From assembly GCA_963805315.1 (NCBI GenBank), contig CAWDTQ010000013.1:6090-70089 (forward strand): 64,000 nucleotides of DNA, written 5' to 3'. Source of the stretch: an uncultured delta proteobacterium. GTDB taxonomy: Bacteria > Desulfobacterota > Binatia > Binatales > Binataceae. The translations under genes were made by a program, and so were the position numbers. Every line of letters begins with the position of its first letter. Position 1 is the first letter of the stretch. This document shows, piece after piece, positions 1 to 10,641 of the stretch. The notes beneath the pieces are model-generated. The model was not told where the DNA came from. It saw only the letters and a program-made list of their open reading frames with translations, and searched no databases.

Positions 1-827
1 TGGAAGGGCGTTGTCCAAAGGCGCCGCGCAAAGGGGCGCACCGGAGGAAGCGCGAGCGGCGGCCCCTGCCGGGGATGATGCTGCATCAGGACGGTTCGCG
101 CCACGCCTGGCTCGAGGGCGAGCCGCCGCTCGACCTGATCGTCACGATGGACGACGCCACGGGGGCGATCTACTCGGCGTTCCTCATCGAGGAGGAAGGC
201 ACGGCCTCGACTTTCCGGGCGCTCAAGGAGGTTTTCTCGGAGCACGGCCTGCCGATGAGCCTCTACACCGACCGCGGGGCGCATTACTTTCACACGCCGA
301 AAGCCGGCGGCGAAGTCGACCGCGGCCATCCGACCCAGGTCGGTCGGGCCCTCGAGCAACTCGGGATTGAGCACATCGGCGCCTATTCACCGCAGGCGCG
401 GGGCCGTTCGGAGCGCGCGTTCGCAACGCTTCAGGATCGTCTGTCAAGGAACTGCGCGCTCGCCGGCATAACCGACATCGACGCGGCGAACGCCTTCATT
501 GGCGGGGTTTACCTGCCCGCTCACAACGCCCGCTTCGCCATCCCGGCGGCCGGCGAAGGCTCCGCTTTCACGCCTATTCCTGGCGTCGATCTCGACGAGA
601 TCCTGTGCGTCGAGGAGGAGCGCCAGGTCGGCCATGACAATTGCGTCTCCTACCGGACGCTCAAGCTCCAGATCCCGCAAAGCCCGATGCGGCCGCATTT
701 CGTCAAGGCGCGGGTCAAGATCCACGTCTACGCCGACGGCTCGCACGCCCTCTTCCATGGGCCGCGCTGCATCGGCCGCTACGACGAGAAAGGGGGAACG
801 ATCAAAGATGCCAAAAGCGCCGCTTAA
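1..827 (+). mobile_element. 3' fragment of a DDE transposase/integrase (rve core domain). The ORF runs off the window start. It is probably the right end of an IS whose left part lies upstream of the window.
   Basis: ORF 75..827 carries an integrase-core motif (LYTDRGAHYF ... SPQARGRSER). The reading frame is open to position 1. Confidence 0.55.
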
Positions 828-1305
828 ATCCGCTCGGCGGCGAAACGCCTGTGGACGGCATGGACAAGCCTCCGGCTTGCCCAACCCGCCCACAGCAGAA
901 CAAAACCAGAAGAAGCGGACATTTGATGTGCTACCAAAACCGGACAACTTAATTCGCTATCGACAGGAATTGTCGTCCGGTAGGGCGCAACGCGTTGGTC
1001 GGCTCAGTTTTTGGCTCCAGAGGGTGAGGCGGATCGCAAGGCGTCATAGCCGGGCTTGACCCGGCCACCCACGAGAACACCGCTCCATCGGGATAAACAT
1101 CTGATACGAAACACGATCCTTTTGCGACGGAGATCATCGCGGCTGGGTGGCGTGGATGGCCGCGACCAGCGCGGCCATGACGGCGCACGGCAGAATTCCC
1201 GAAAACAACAGCGACCGCGATAAGCGCCCAGTTGTCGTCAGACAATTCTCCGAAGTCACGCCCATCGGCCGCCTGGGATAGGGCCGGGTGCGATGAAGGG
1301 GCCGC

Positions 1306-2013
1306 TCAAGCCACGCGCCACCTCACGACGAGGTCGCCGATCGCGGTCACCAGGATCTGCACGCCGATGCACATGAGCAGGAACGCCGTCAGCCGCACGA
1401 TGACCTGCCGCGCCGTGGGTCCGATCAGCCCGGTCAGGCGATCGGCGAAGCGATAGCCGATCCAGATGATCGCGGCGTTGGCGACAGCCGCGACGCTCGC
1501 GCCGACGAAGAACGGCAAAAAGCCAGCGCCGTGTTGCGGTCGCTCGGCGCCGACCGTAATTGCGACCGCGATCGTGCCCGGCCCGGTGGTGAATGGCAGC
1601 GTCAATGGAAAGAACGCGAGTTGCATCGGATCGCTGGCGCTGGCGTCGATCTTCGCGCGCTCGTGGCTCTTCTGGTCGGGATGGGGTTCGCTCGAGGTCA
1701 GGAGCTGAAAGCCGCTGAGCGCGATCACCGTTCCGCCTGCGATCCGCAGCGCGTCGAGCGAGACGCCAAAGAAGGAGAGCACGTAGGCCCCGGCCCATAG
1801 CGCCCCGAACATGACGAGAAGCGAATAAAATCCGACGCTGGCCGCGACTTTCTTCCGGTCGTCCGAGCTGAAGTCTTTGGTGAAGCCATAAAAGATCAGC
1901 GCGCCGCCGATCGGATTGATGATCGAGAACAGCGAGGAGAAAGCGAGGAGAAAGGCCGAATTCGCCGTCGCGGCGACCTCTCGCCAGTCCGCCGCGCCCA
2001 GGGTTTGCTCCAT
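1306..2013 (-). CDS. MarC-family (UPF0056) integral membrane protein
   Basis: 235 aa with multiple TM helices. Composition is typical of the MarC family (FLLAFSSLFSIINPIG ... GPGTIAVAI). Confidence 0.7.
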   Translation of the reverse strand: MEQTLGAADWREVAATANSAFLLAFSSLFSIINPIGGALIFYGFTKDFSSDDRKKVAASVGFYSLLVMFGALWAGAYVLSFFGVSLDALRIAGGTVIALSGFQLLTSSEPHPDQKSHERAKIDASASDPMQLAFFPLTLPFTTGPGTIAVAITVGAERPQHGAGFLPFFVGASVAAVANAAIIWIGYRFADRLTGLIGPTARQVIVRLTAFLLMCIGVQILVTAIGDLVVRWRVA

Positions 2014-2137
2014 GCCCGGCCCCCGCCTGACGAGAATTGGTGAACAGCGCGCTCAGTTTTCGCTCTTCCCCTCTAACCATTTGAGAAGCGTCTGGCGCTA
2101 GCCTTTTTACGGTCCAATCGCGTCTCCGAGGAAATCC

Positions 2138-3175
2138 GTGCCCCTTCCCCTCGCCATCTGGGCGGCCTTGCAGAGCGCGGTCCAGGCGGCTTTCAGCCCG
2201 GCGTCCGCCTATGGCGGTCCCGCGCTCTGCGGCGCCTTGGCCTTTTCCGCGCTCTATTATGTCAGGCGCCGGCGGGCGCGGGGCGGGCGGATCAGCGCGA
2301 GAGGCTTCCTGCGCTCGATTTTTCCACGACGCATCCTCCTCCATCCCTCGTCGCTCATCGACATGCGCCTGTGGGCGCTGAACGCGATCGTGTTCGCCTC
2401 CGCCTATGGCATGCTGGGCTTTGGCCTCTTCTTCTGGCGCGACGCCATCGTCGCCTGGCTGACGCGCGCATTCGGGCCGCATGCGCCTGTCCTCTGGGCA
2501 GTGTGGGTGATCCTCGCGCTCGCGACCGTGCTGCAGATCCTGGCTTACGAGCTCGCCTATTGGTCGGCCCACTACGCCTTTCACAAGGTCCCGGCGCTTT
2601 GGGAGTTCCACAAGGTCCACCATTCCGCCGAGGTGATGACGACCCTGACCGAGCTGCGCCAGCATCCGGTCGAGATCATCGCGTTCATGAACTGGATCGG
2701 GCTCGCGACCGGAATCGTCTTCGGCGCCATGACTTATGTCTTTGGGCCCGGCGTGCGCCCGTTCACGCTGCTCAACGGCAACGTCCTCATCATGATGTTC
2801 CTTTTGACCTACGGCCATCTGCGCCACAGCCATATGTGGATCGCGTTCACCGGCCTCGCCGGCCGGATCCTGCAGAGTCCGGCGCATCATCAGATCCATC
2901 ACTCGACCAATCCCGCGCATTTCGACAAGAACCTTGGCTTCGCGCTCGCCGTCTGGGACTGGGCGTTCGGCACGCTCGCCATTCCAGCCAGGACGCGCGA
3001 ACCGATCGTTTTCGGCGTCGGCGACGAGGGAGCGCCGTTCCGCTCGACGTTTTCCGCCCTTGTCGCGCCCTGCGCGCGGCTCCCGGGGCACGCGCTGAGC
3101 CTCGTCCGGGGAGCAGGCGAGCCCGACGCCGGGGGCAGCGCCAAAACGACGTCCCTGACGGCGGGTTCCCCTTAG
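2138..3175 (+). CDS. Sterol desaturase / fatty-acid hydroxylase superfamily membrane protein
   Basis: His-box motifs HKVHHS and HHQIHHS lie in a polytopic membrane protein. Confidence 0.7.
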   Translation: MPLPLAIWAALQSAVQAAFSPASAYGGPALCGALAFSALYYVRRRRARGGRISARGFLRSIFPRRILLHPSSLIDMRLWALNAIVFASAYGMLGFGLFFWRDAIVAWLTRAFGPHAPVLWAVWVILALATVLQILAYELAYWSAHYAFHKVPALWEFHKVHHSAEVMTTLTELRQHPVEIIAFMNWIGLATGIVFGAMTYVFGPGVRPFTLLNGNVLIMMFLLTYGHLRHSHMWIAFTGLAGRILQSPAHHQIHHSTNPAHFDKNLGFALAVWDWAFGTLAIPARTREPIVFGVGDEGAPFRSTFSALVAPCARLPGHALSLVRGAGEPDAGGSAKTTSLTAGSP

Positions 3176-3229
3176 GCCCGAATCTCCCTATTCTCCCGCT
3201 CGACCCCAATCGATGAGGAGACGCTTCCC

Positions 3230-4119
3230 GTGCCGGGCGAGAAGTCCGCGCGCCGGCGCGGCGTGCTTTTGGTTCTCTTCGCCACGGTCCTGTGGAGCCT
3301 GGCGGGCGTGTTCGCCCGCCTCCTCGCCCATCTTGACGTATGGACGGTGATCGGCTGGCGCGCGCTGTTCGGCGCGGCCTCCATCGCCGTCGTCGGCCTC
3401 ATCGAATATGCGGGGGGCGCCTCGCCAACCCGTTCGGCTTCGGCCCGCTCTCGCCGCTCGTCGCGCTCCTGGCGATGATCGCCATCTCCGCCTACGCCGC
3501 GGCTGTTATGACGACGACCATCGCCGACGTGATGGTGATCTACGCTACCCTGCCGTTCGCCGCCGCGGCGATCGGCTTCCTCGTCAACCGCGAGCGCGTC
3601 GCGCCGCGCACGCTCATGGCCTCGGGACTGGCGCTCGCCGGCATCGTGATCATGGTCGCGAGCGGCCTTGGTTCGGGACGTCTCCTGGGCCAGTCGCTGT
3701 CGATGCTGATGACGCTCGCCTTCGCCGGGATGATCGTCCTCCAGCGACGCCGGCCGCGCGCCTCGATGATCGCCGTCAATTGCATTGGCGCGCTCGGCTC
3801 CGGCGTCTTCGGCCTCGCCAATTCGCCGCTTCAGCCGATCAGCCTCTATGATTTCGCCATCCTGTTCGTCTTTGGCCTGACCACGATCGGCCTTGCGTTC
3901 GTCATCTTCATGGAGGGCGCCAAGTTCATTCCATCGGCCGAAGCGGGCCTGATCGCGCTGCTCGATGTTGTGCTCGGCCCGATATGGGTGTTTCTTGCCT
4001 TCGGCGAGAACCCGGGCCTGGCGACCATTCTGGGCGGCGCGACGGTTCTCGCCGCCGCCGTCTGGCGCTGGCGCCGGAGCTCAGGCGGGAGCGGCTTCCG
4101 CAAGGTTAGAGGAGGAAAC
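3230..4119 (+). pseudogene. EamA/DMT-family transporter, frameshifted near 3420, with no in-frame stop before the next gene
   Basis: ORF 3230..3478 and ORF 3340.. (a different frame) together give a 10-TM EamA-like protein. The reading frame is broken at about 3420. Confidence 0.6.
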
Positions 4120-4879
<760 letters not shown>

Positions 4880-4903
4880 CACAACCCCAAGGGCGAGGAT
4901 CCG

Positions 4904-4931
4904 CCGGGAAACGCCAACGCTGGTTTCCCGG
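4904..4931 (+). terminator. Perfect 9-bp stem hairpin (ccgggaaac / gtttcccgg) downstream of the SDR gene. A possible terminator, but no U-tract follows.
   Basis: The inverted repeat was read directly, 25 nt after the stop at 4879. Confidence 0.25.
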
Positions 4932-5062
4932 ATATATGAGCGCGCCGCACTATTATTCGACCCACCGCTACTGCATGGTGCGGGAAGGTGTGACGGCGAC
5001 GGGGGCGCGGCGCCGGACGTCGCTGACGAACTGAAACAGGCGGGAGGCGAATATGACTGGTC

Positions 5063-5887
5063 TTGTCATTGGCCACGGGAATCCCTGGTGGCTCGAGTCC
5101 AAATGTCTGGGTGGTCCCGTTCAACGATTTCAGCCAACCGTCGCCCGGCGTGCTCCATCCGGTGGTCGGGCAGCAATACAATTGCGTGGCCAATGTCAGC
5201 AACACCAGCCAGCAGACCTTCCCCGACGCGAACGTCTATTTCTATTGGGCTAACCCGTCGCTCGGCATGATCACTGGCGTCAACGCCAATCCAATCGGCT
5301 CCTGGTCGGGCGGCGTCGATGCGGGGCAGCCGGCGTTTGCTTTTGAATACGCTCCATGGACGCCGAGCTTCGTAAACAACGGGCATGAGTGCATCATTGC
5401 AAATGTCGTCGCGGGCAGCGTTACGGGACCTGCCATACTCGACGGCGCCAACGATCCGACAGTCGCGCAGCGCAACCTCGGCGTGGTTCAACTCAGCCCG
5501 CACATGAGAGGCCGTTTCGACTACGCCTTTCAGGTCTGCAACGCGGCGCGCTCGGAGCGCAGCTTCACCATCGCGGCGGAGGCCGTGCCGGAGGCTGAGG
5601 CCGCGCGCATCCTCGGATCGCTCGGCCGAAAGCCAGGGAAGGGCGACAGGCACGGCGCTCCCGAGCAGCTGGGCCTTGTGCGCAGTCGCCCCGCTCCCGC
5701 AGCGCACGACACCGCACATCCCGTGCTCGAAGGGGCGAGATTGGCGCCGCTCACCTGCACCGGTTTCAGCCTCGTCGGCGTGCTGCAGGAAGGCATGTCC
5801 CTCATCCACGTTACGCAGACGTTCGAAGGGCGGATCGTCGGCGGCCTCAGCGTCCTGGTTTTGGCGGAGGAGAGGGTCGACGCATGA
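5063..5887 (+). CDS. Hypothetical protein (Asn/Gly/Val-rich, beta-rich composition). No recognisable domain.
   Basis: 274-aa ORF with coding-like composition. Start is uncertain. Confidence 0.35.
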   Translation: MSLATGIPGGSSPNVWVVPFNDFSQPSPGVLHPVVGQQYNCVANVSNTSQQTFPDANVYFYWANPSLGMITGVNANPIGSWSGGVDAGQPAFAFEYAPWTPSFVNNGHECIIANVVAGSVTGPAILDGANDPTVAQRNLGVVQLSPHMRGRFDYAFQVCNAARSERSFTIAAEAVPEAEAARILGSLGRKPGKGDRHGAPEQLGLVRSRPAPAAHDTAHPVLEGARLAPLTCTGFSLVGVLQEGMSLIHVTQTFEGRIVGGLSVLVLAEERVDA

Positions 5888-5929
5888 TAAGACATCGCGC
5901 TGCGGTGAGGCGCGTCGCCGGGGAATTGT

Positions 5930-7003
5930 TCAGGACGGCTTGACGACGACGCATTCGAGGCCATCGGCTTGCGCCGCCGCCTCCATCGCGGCGGGCAGCG
6001 CCTCCAGGGGGAAAGACCGTGTCCGGATGGCGCCGATGTCGAGAAGGCCCGAGCGCGTCAATTCGCCGAGGCGCCTGAAGACGTCGCGCGGATACATGAA
6101 CTGGCCGACGATCTCGAGGTTGTTCAGCATCACTTCGAGATAGGGGATCGGAAGCGGAACCCGCATGCTGCCCATCAGCGCGAGCCGGCCGCCGCGCTTG
6201 AGCGCGCGCAAGGCGGCAAGCGTCGAATTGGGGTCCTTCGCGCCGCCCACGATGTCGAGCGCCATATGCGCGCCGCCTCCAGCGGCGGCGCGCAGGCTTG
6301 CGGCGTCGGCAATGATGTCGCCCGAGGGCGTCACGGTCGCGACGCGGGGGCCGCCTGCGCGCTTGAGCGCCTCGAGCTTCCTCGCGTTGCGCCCGGCGGC
6401 GACAACGCGGGCCGCGCCGAGCGCGACCGCCAGCAGAACGGCGGCGCTTCCGTAAGCGCCGGTCGCGCCGGTCACGATGATCGTCTCGCCGGCCTCGAGG
6501 CGCGCCCGGATGAGACCGCCGTAGGGAACGGCGAAGCGGGGAAGCACGGCAAGCTGGGCGGCGTCGATGGCGTTCAGGCCGTCGATCGCCGTCACCGAGG
6601 CCTTCGGAACGAGCGCATATTCGCCGAGCGTTCCATCGCGCCAGTCCGCCTGCAGCGCCTTCCCGCCTGGATCTCCCGCCGTGATTCCGAGCAGGAACTG
6701 CGCCGGCTCGGGGACATTCTCGTCGGTGACCACATGAGAGGAGATGATCACGCGCTGGCCGGGCTTGAGATGATAGACCTCGGGGCCGACCGCATGGACG
6801 ATTTCGACGGCGTTGCCGCCGGGCGTGAAGGCGCCCTCCGGCGGATTGTAGATGGGGAGCCTGCCTTCGACGTAGGCCTTCAGATAGGACATGAGAGCGG
6901 AGGCTTCGACCCTCACGACGACGCCGCCCGGCCGGGGCTGGGGGATTGGCGCGTCCTTGAGCTCAAGCGCGCCGCCGAGGCGGTCGAGCAGCCAGGCTTT
7001 CAT
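5930..7003 (-). CDS. Zinc-type alcohol dehydrogenase / quinone oxidoreductase-like MDR-family oxidoreductase
   Basis: 357 aa. GroES-like N-terminus plus a Rossmann motif (VTGATGAYG). Confidence 0.7.
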   Translation of the reverse strand: MKAWLLDRLGGALELKDAPIPQPRPGGVVVRVEASALMSYLKAYVEGRLPIYNPPEGAFTPGGNAVEIVHAVGPEVYHLKPGQRVIISSHVVTDENVPEPAQFLLGITAGDPGGKALQADWRDGTLGEYALVPKASVTAIDGLNAIDAAQLAVLPRFAVPYGGLIRARLEAGETIIVTGATGAYGSAAVLLAVALGAARVVAAGRNARKLEALKRAGGPRVATVTPSGDIIADAASLRAAAGGGAHMALDIVGGAKDPNSTLAALRALKRGGRLALMGSMRVPLPIPYLEVMLNNLEIVGQFMYPRDVFRRLGELTRSGLLDIGAIRTRSFPLEALPAAMEAAAQADGLECVVVKPS

Positions 7004-7022
7004 CGGCGTCCCTTGCGCGTCC

Positions 7023-7439
7023 TCACACGGCCAGATGGTCCGGGCCGAACGACTCGGGCAGAAGCTCGCTCAACGTGAAGGTCCGGCGCACGCCTTCCGG
7101 TCCCGCGATATGGATCGCGGTCGAGGGATCGGCGAATTCGCGGATGCGCTGGCGGCAGCCGCCGCACGGCGTACAGAGGGCATCGCCGTCGCCGACGACC
7201 AGGATTTCTGCGATGCGCCTCTTCCCCGCGAGCGCCATGGCGGCGATCGCGCCGGCTTCCGCGCAAGCCCCTTGCGGATAGGCGGCGTTTTCGACGTTGC
7301 AGCCGGAGAAGATCGCGCCGCCGGCCGTGCGCAGCGCCGCGCCAACCCTGAAGCGCGAATAGGGCGCGTAGGCGTTCGCCTGCGCGGCTTTTGCGGCGCC
7401 GAACAGTTCGGCAAGCGCCGCCTCAGCGCTCTTTGACAT
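7023..7439 (-). CDS. cdd: Cytidine deaminase
   Basis: The CAE(A) ... PCGGCRQ zinc-binding motifs are present and the protein is about 138 aa from MSKSAEAAL. The ORF-track start at 7523 is an upstream extension. Confidence 0.85.
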   Translation of the reverse strand: MSKSAEAALAELFGAAKAAQANAYAPYSRFRVGAALRTAGGAIFSGCNVENAAYPQGACAEAGAIAAMALAGKRRIAEILVVGDGDALCTPCGGCRQRIREFADPSTAIHIAGPEGVRRTFTLSELLPESFGPDHLAV

Positions 7440-7619
7440 AAGGTATGTCCCTCGCGGATGTCGACGGATGCCTAAGCATAGGGCAGCACGTGAACCCTTG
7501 CAATATCCAGGTGTTGTGCGCATATGAAGGAATGTGGGCGCATATATACATCTACATCACGGTGCTGCCCCGGTGCTGCCCCAGCGCTGCCCGGCTCAAT
7601 CAGGAGAGAACCAGACCCA

Positions 7620-8873
7620 ATGGCCGAGAGCTTGACGAAGGTGAAGATCGAGAAGTTCATCTCCAGAGGCGTTCCGGACGGGAAGAGCCAATCGGCCCTG
7701 TGGGACGGCATGGTGACGGGCTTGGGCCTGCGGCTCCGGCTCGGCGGCGCGGCCTCATGGATGTACGCATATCGCCCGAGGGGCGCAGGCCGGACCGAAC
7801 CATCGCGCAAGCTGACGCTCGGCCAATGGCCGGGCGTGACGCTGGACGCAGCCCGAACCGCAGCGCGGGCGAAGGCAGGGGAAGTCGCGCTGGGCGCGGA
7901 CCCCGCCGCCGATCTGCGCGGCGAGTGCAGCCGCGAGCGCCGGATCGTCTCTGCGGCGCTCGACGAGTTCGAGCGTGTTCTTATCCGCCGTAAGATCGTG
8001 CGCGCGAAGTCGGCGATGAGCGCGTTGCGCCGGGGTCTCGCGCCTCTCATGAACCGCGAGATCGACGCGTTGACGCGTAAGGACTTCATCAACCGGATCG
8101 AAGCGCTGGAGAATGCCGGGAAGCCGGGCGCGGCGATGGACTTAAGGGCGCATTCGCGGTCGTGGCTCGAATGGTGCGTCGCGCGCGGCTTGGTGCAGTT
8201 CAACGTCATGGCCGGGCTTCGGCGGCCCCGCAGTTCGCGCGCCGAGCGGCTTGAGAGCGAGCGCAAGGGACGCGCGCTGCCGGACGAGGAGATCGTCGCC
8301 TTGTGGAACAGCGCTGCCGCATTGGGACCGTTCGGCGGCCTTGTGCGGCTCGGGCTGTTGACCGGCATGAGGCGCGGCGAACTCGCGGGGCTGCGATGGT
8401 CGGATGTGCATGACGACCGGATCGTGCTGGGAGCGGGGGCGACGAAGACCGGCGCGCGGCACGAGATCCCGCTGACCCCAACAATGCGCAACGTATTGAC
8501 TGCGCAGCCCAGGAGAAGCGGCGACCTCGTGTTCTCATCGACGCGCGGGACCGAAGCGCAATTGCGCGGCTGGACATCGCTCGTCAGCGCTGCGGTGGGG
8601 GCGAGCGGCGTCAACTTCCACCTGCACGATCTGCGACGAACGGTTCGCACGCTCATGTCGCGGCTCGGCGTGCCGGAAGACGCCGCCGAACTCGCGATTG
8701 GGCATGTCCGGCGCGGGCTGATCGGCGTCTACAACAAGGACAACGCATGGCGCGCCCGCGTGTCTGCGTTCGAGCGCGTGTCTGCGCATGTCGCTGGTCT
8801 CGTGTCTCGCGCGCCAGGCGAGCCCGACGAAGATCACGATATCCGCGTTGTCGCGCTGGGCGCTCGGCGTTAA
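7620..8873 (+). CDS. int: P4-type tyrosine integrase (phage integrase with N-terminal Arm/DUF4102 DNA-binding domain)
   Basis: N-terminal motif KFISRG ... ALWDG ... GLRLRLGG. The C-terminal catalytic region carries HDLRRT ... GH ... Y. Start taken at MAESLTKVKIEKF. Confidence 0.85.
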   Translation: MAESLTKVKIEKFISRGVPDGKSQSALWDGMVTGLGLRLRLGGAASWMYAYRPRGAGRTEPSRKLTLGQWPGVTLDAARTAARAKAGEVALGADPAADLRGECSRERRIVSAALDEFERVLIRRKIVRAKSAMSALRRGLAPLMNREIDALTRKDFINRIEALENAGKPGAAMDLRAHSRSWLEWCVARGLVQFNVMAGLRRPRSSRAERLESERKGRALPDEEIVALWNSAAALGPFGGLVRLGLLTGMRRGELAGLRWSDVHDDRIVLGAGATKTGARHEIPLTPTMRNVLTAQPRRSGDLVFSSTRGTEAQLRGWTSLVSAAVGASGVNFHLHDLRRTVRTLMSRLGVPEDAAELAIGHVRRGLIGVYNKDNAWRARVSAFERVSAHVAGLVSRAPGEPDEDHDIRVVALGARR

Positions 8874-9183
8874 TTCGCGCGAGCCCACTTGCGGGTATTC
8901 CCGCACTCGCTTACATCTTCGAACGTGCGCGTTCCGTTGGGGCGCGTTCCGCGTCCGGCGCTTCAAATCGCAGCCGGGTATGGCAATAACGCAGCGCCAG
9001 CGCCCCCGAGCGCACCTCCGCCGTAGGACCGGGAACCAATCGAGATCGCCGACCGCCTGACAGGCGCGTTCAATACGCGCCTCGACGGCCTCGGCCATTC
9101 ACGAGGTTCGGTCAATGGGCGCTGCTTCCAACTCCAAGTCCGCGCGAACTGCGCGCTCCTCTCCCCGCCCGCCGCGCGGCTAT

Positions 9184-9414
9184 ATGGCGCGAGCGCGCGA
9201 GAACGATGTCTGTGAGCGGTTCGACCGGCTGTCGGACAGCGTTCTGCTGACCGAGCCCGAAGTCTCGCAAGTCGTCGGCCACCCCCCGAACACGTTGAAG
9301 CACTGGCGCTTGCGCGGTGCGGCCAAGGGCCCGAAGCCGGTGCGAATGCCGTCCACCAGCGTCAGGTATCGCGTTGGCGACGTACGGGCATGGCTCGCCA
9401 ACCTCCCGGAATGA
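9184..9414 (+). CDS. alpA: AlpA-like phage transcriptional regulator / excisionase-type HTH protein
   Basis: 76 aa with an LTEPEVSQVVGHPPNTLKHWRLRG core. It sits immediately downstream of the integrase. Confidence 0.6.
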   Translation: MARARENDVCERFDRLSDSVLLTEPEVSQVVGHPPNTLKHWRLRGAAKGPKPVRMPSTSVRYRVGDVRAWLANLPE

Positions 9415-10058
9415 TGACCCGCAACTCGATCCAACGCGAGCGCGCAGACGATGACAACTTCACTGCAAGCGCCCGATGCAACGCTTCCCCTGCCTCGCCA
9501 AGACCGCGCACGCACTATCGCGAATATCGAACGTGGAAGCGCATGCACCACCGATGTAGCGGCGTGAGCGTTCTGTCGGAATGCGAACCGCGCAACTACT
9601 TCGAACGCGGCATAAGGGTATGCGCCCGCTGGAACGACTTCTGGGTCGTCCTCGCCGATATGGGCCGCGCAGAATGCTGGCACCGCGAGATCTCTCTCGA
9701 CCGGATCGACAACGACGGCGACTACGCGCCCGACAACTGCCGCTGGGCGACATCGACGACGCAAGTGCGCAACAGCCGCGCCGTCAAGCTCAATCCGGCC
9801 AAGGTCAAGGAGATCCGGCGGCTGATGCTGGAAGGGGCGAGCAAGGAAGACGTAGCGCGGACGTTCAACGTCTCAACGACAACTGTCCTCTATATCGTCA
9901 CCAATCGCACATGGCGCGCCGACACGCAGAAAGTCATCAACGGTCGGCTCATTGGCCTGACGCGAGAAGAACTTCGCGCCGCCAGTCGGAACTATACCCG
10001 GAGGAAGTGTGACGGGCTCAACTTCTCTTGCGCGATCCACAGAATATGCGTAGCTTGA
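9411..10058 (+). CDS. Phage-type HNH endonuclease with C-terminal HTH domain
   Basis: Motifs EYRTWKRMHHRC, ISLDRIDNDGDYAPDNCRWAT and NSR form an HNH signature. The C-terminal EIRRLMLEGASKEDVARTFNVSTTTVLYI is HTH-like. The start overlaps the alpA stop (ATGA). Confidence 0.5.
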   Translation: MMTRNSIQRERADDDNFTASARCNASPASPRPRTHYREYRTWKRMHHRCSGVSVLSECEPRNYFERGIRVCARWNDFWVVLADMGRAECWHREISLDRIDNDGDYAPDNCRWATSTTQVRNSRAVKLNPAKVKEIRRLMLEGASKEDVARTFNVSTTTVLYIVTNRTWRADTQKVINGRLIGLTREELRAASRNYTRRKCDGLNFSCAIHRICVA

Positions 10059-10131
10059 ATTCAAGCACGTCTTCCGCGATGTCGGCTCATCGCACCGGAG
10101 CCGGGGGTTACCCGGCAATGCTCGCTCTCAA

Positions 10132-10485
10132 TTGAAGAGGCGAGAACCGAAGGCGTTGCGATCCATGACTGACGAACCCCTCCATACCTCGCCCGGGCGC
10201 TGGTTGCGCTTCAAGAGCGCGTGCAAGTATCTCGACATCGCCCCTTCCACAATGTCGCTGAAGTTGAGCAATGGAACCGGGCCGCGATACCGCATGTCGC
10301 CGGGTTCAAGGTTCAGGCTCTTCTGGTCGGGCGATCTCGACGATTGGGTCTTGAACGCCCCGCCGCACCCGGTGACGCAAGCCGAACGGGCACGTCTCAT
10401 CAAGCTTCAAGAGGGCGCTGAACGGGTGCGGCAAGAGCGGAGCGCCCAGCGAGCCAAAATCGACGAGGACATGACTGCAACATAA
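10132..10485 (+). CDS. Small HTH (excisionase/MerR-like) DNA-binding protein
   Basis: RWLRFKSACKYLDIAPSTMSLKL is an HTH-like segment. The gene sits between island genes. Confidence 0.4.
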   Translation: MKRREPKALRSMTDEPLHTSPGRWLRFKSACKYLDIAPSTMSLKLSNGTGPRYRMSPGSRFRLFWSGDLDDWVLNAPPHPVTQAERARLIKLQEGAERVRQERSAQRAKIDEDMTAT

Positions 10486-10641
10486 GACAACGCCGTGGCT
10501 CTTGAAGGAACCACGGCAGGGGAAGATCAGATATCAGGACAACGATAACGACCAGCGACGGTCGCTATTCTTCTACCTTCTCCCGCCCAATTCTTCAAGC
10601 GTTGCGGCTCTCGAACAAGACAATCGAGAGGAACCGCGACA

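Noticed and set aside
1256-3091. 611-aa minus-strand ORF spanning MarC and the desaturase
   Set aside because: Extremely Arg/Gly/Asp-rich, low-complexity translation antisense to two well-supported genes. A typical spurious long ORF in high-GC DNA.
7440-7620. tRNA or tmRNA as integrase target next to int, and similarly at 8880-9180 and 18720-19090
   Set aside because: No cloverleaf-compatible sequence with T-loop (GTTCRANYC) or anticodon-stem features was seen. Could not be confirmed without tRNAscan.
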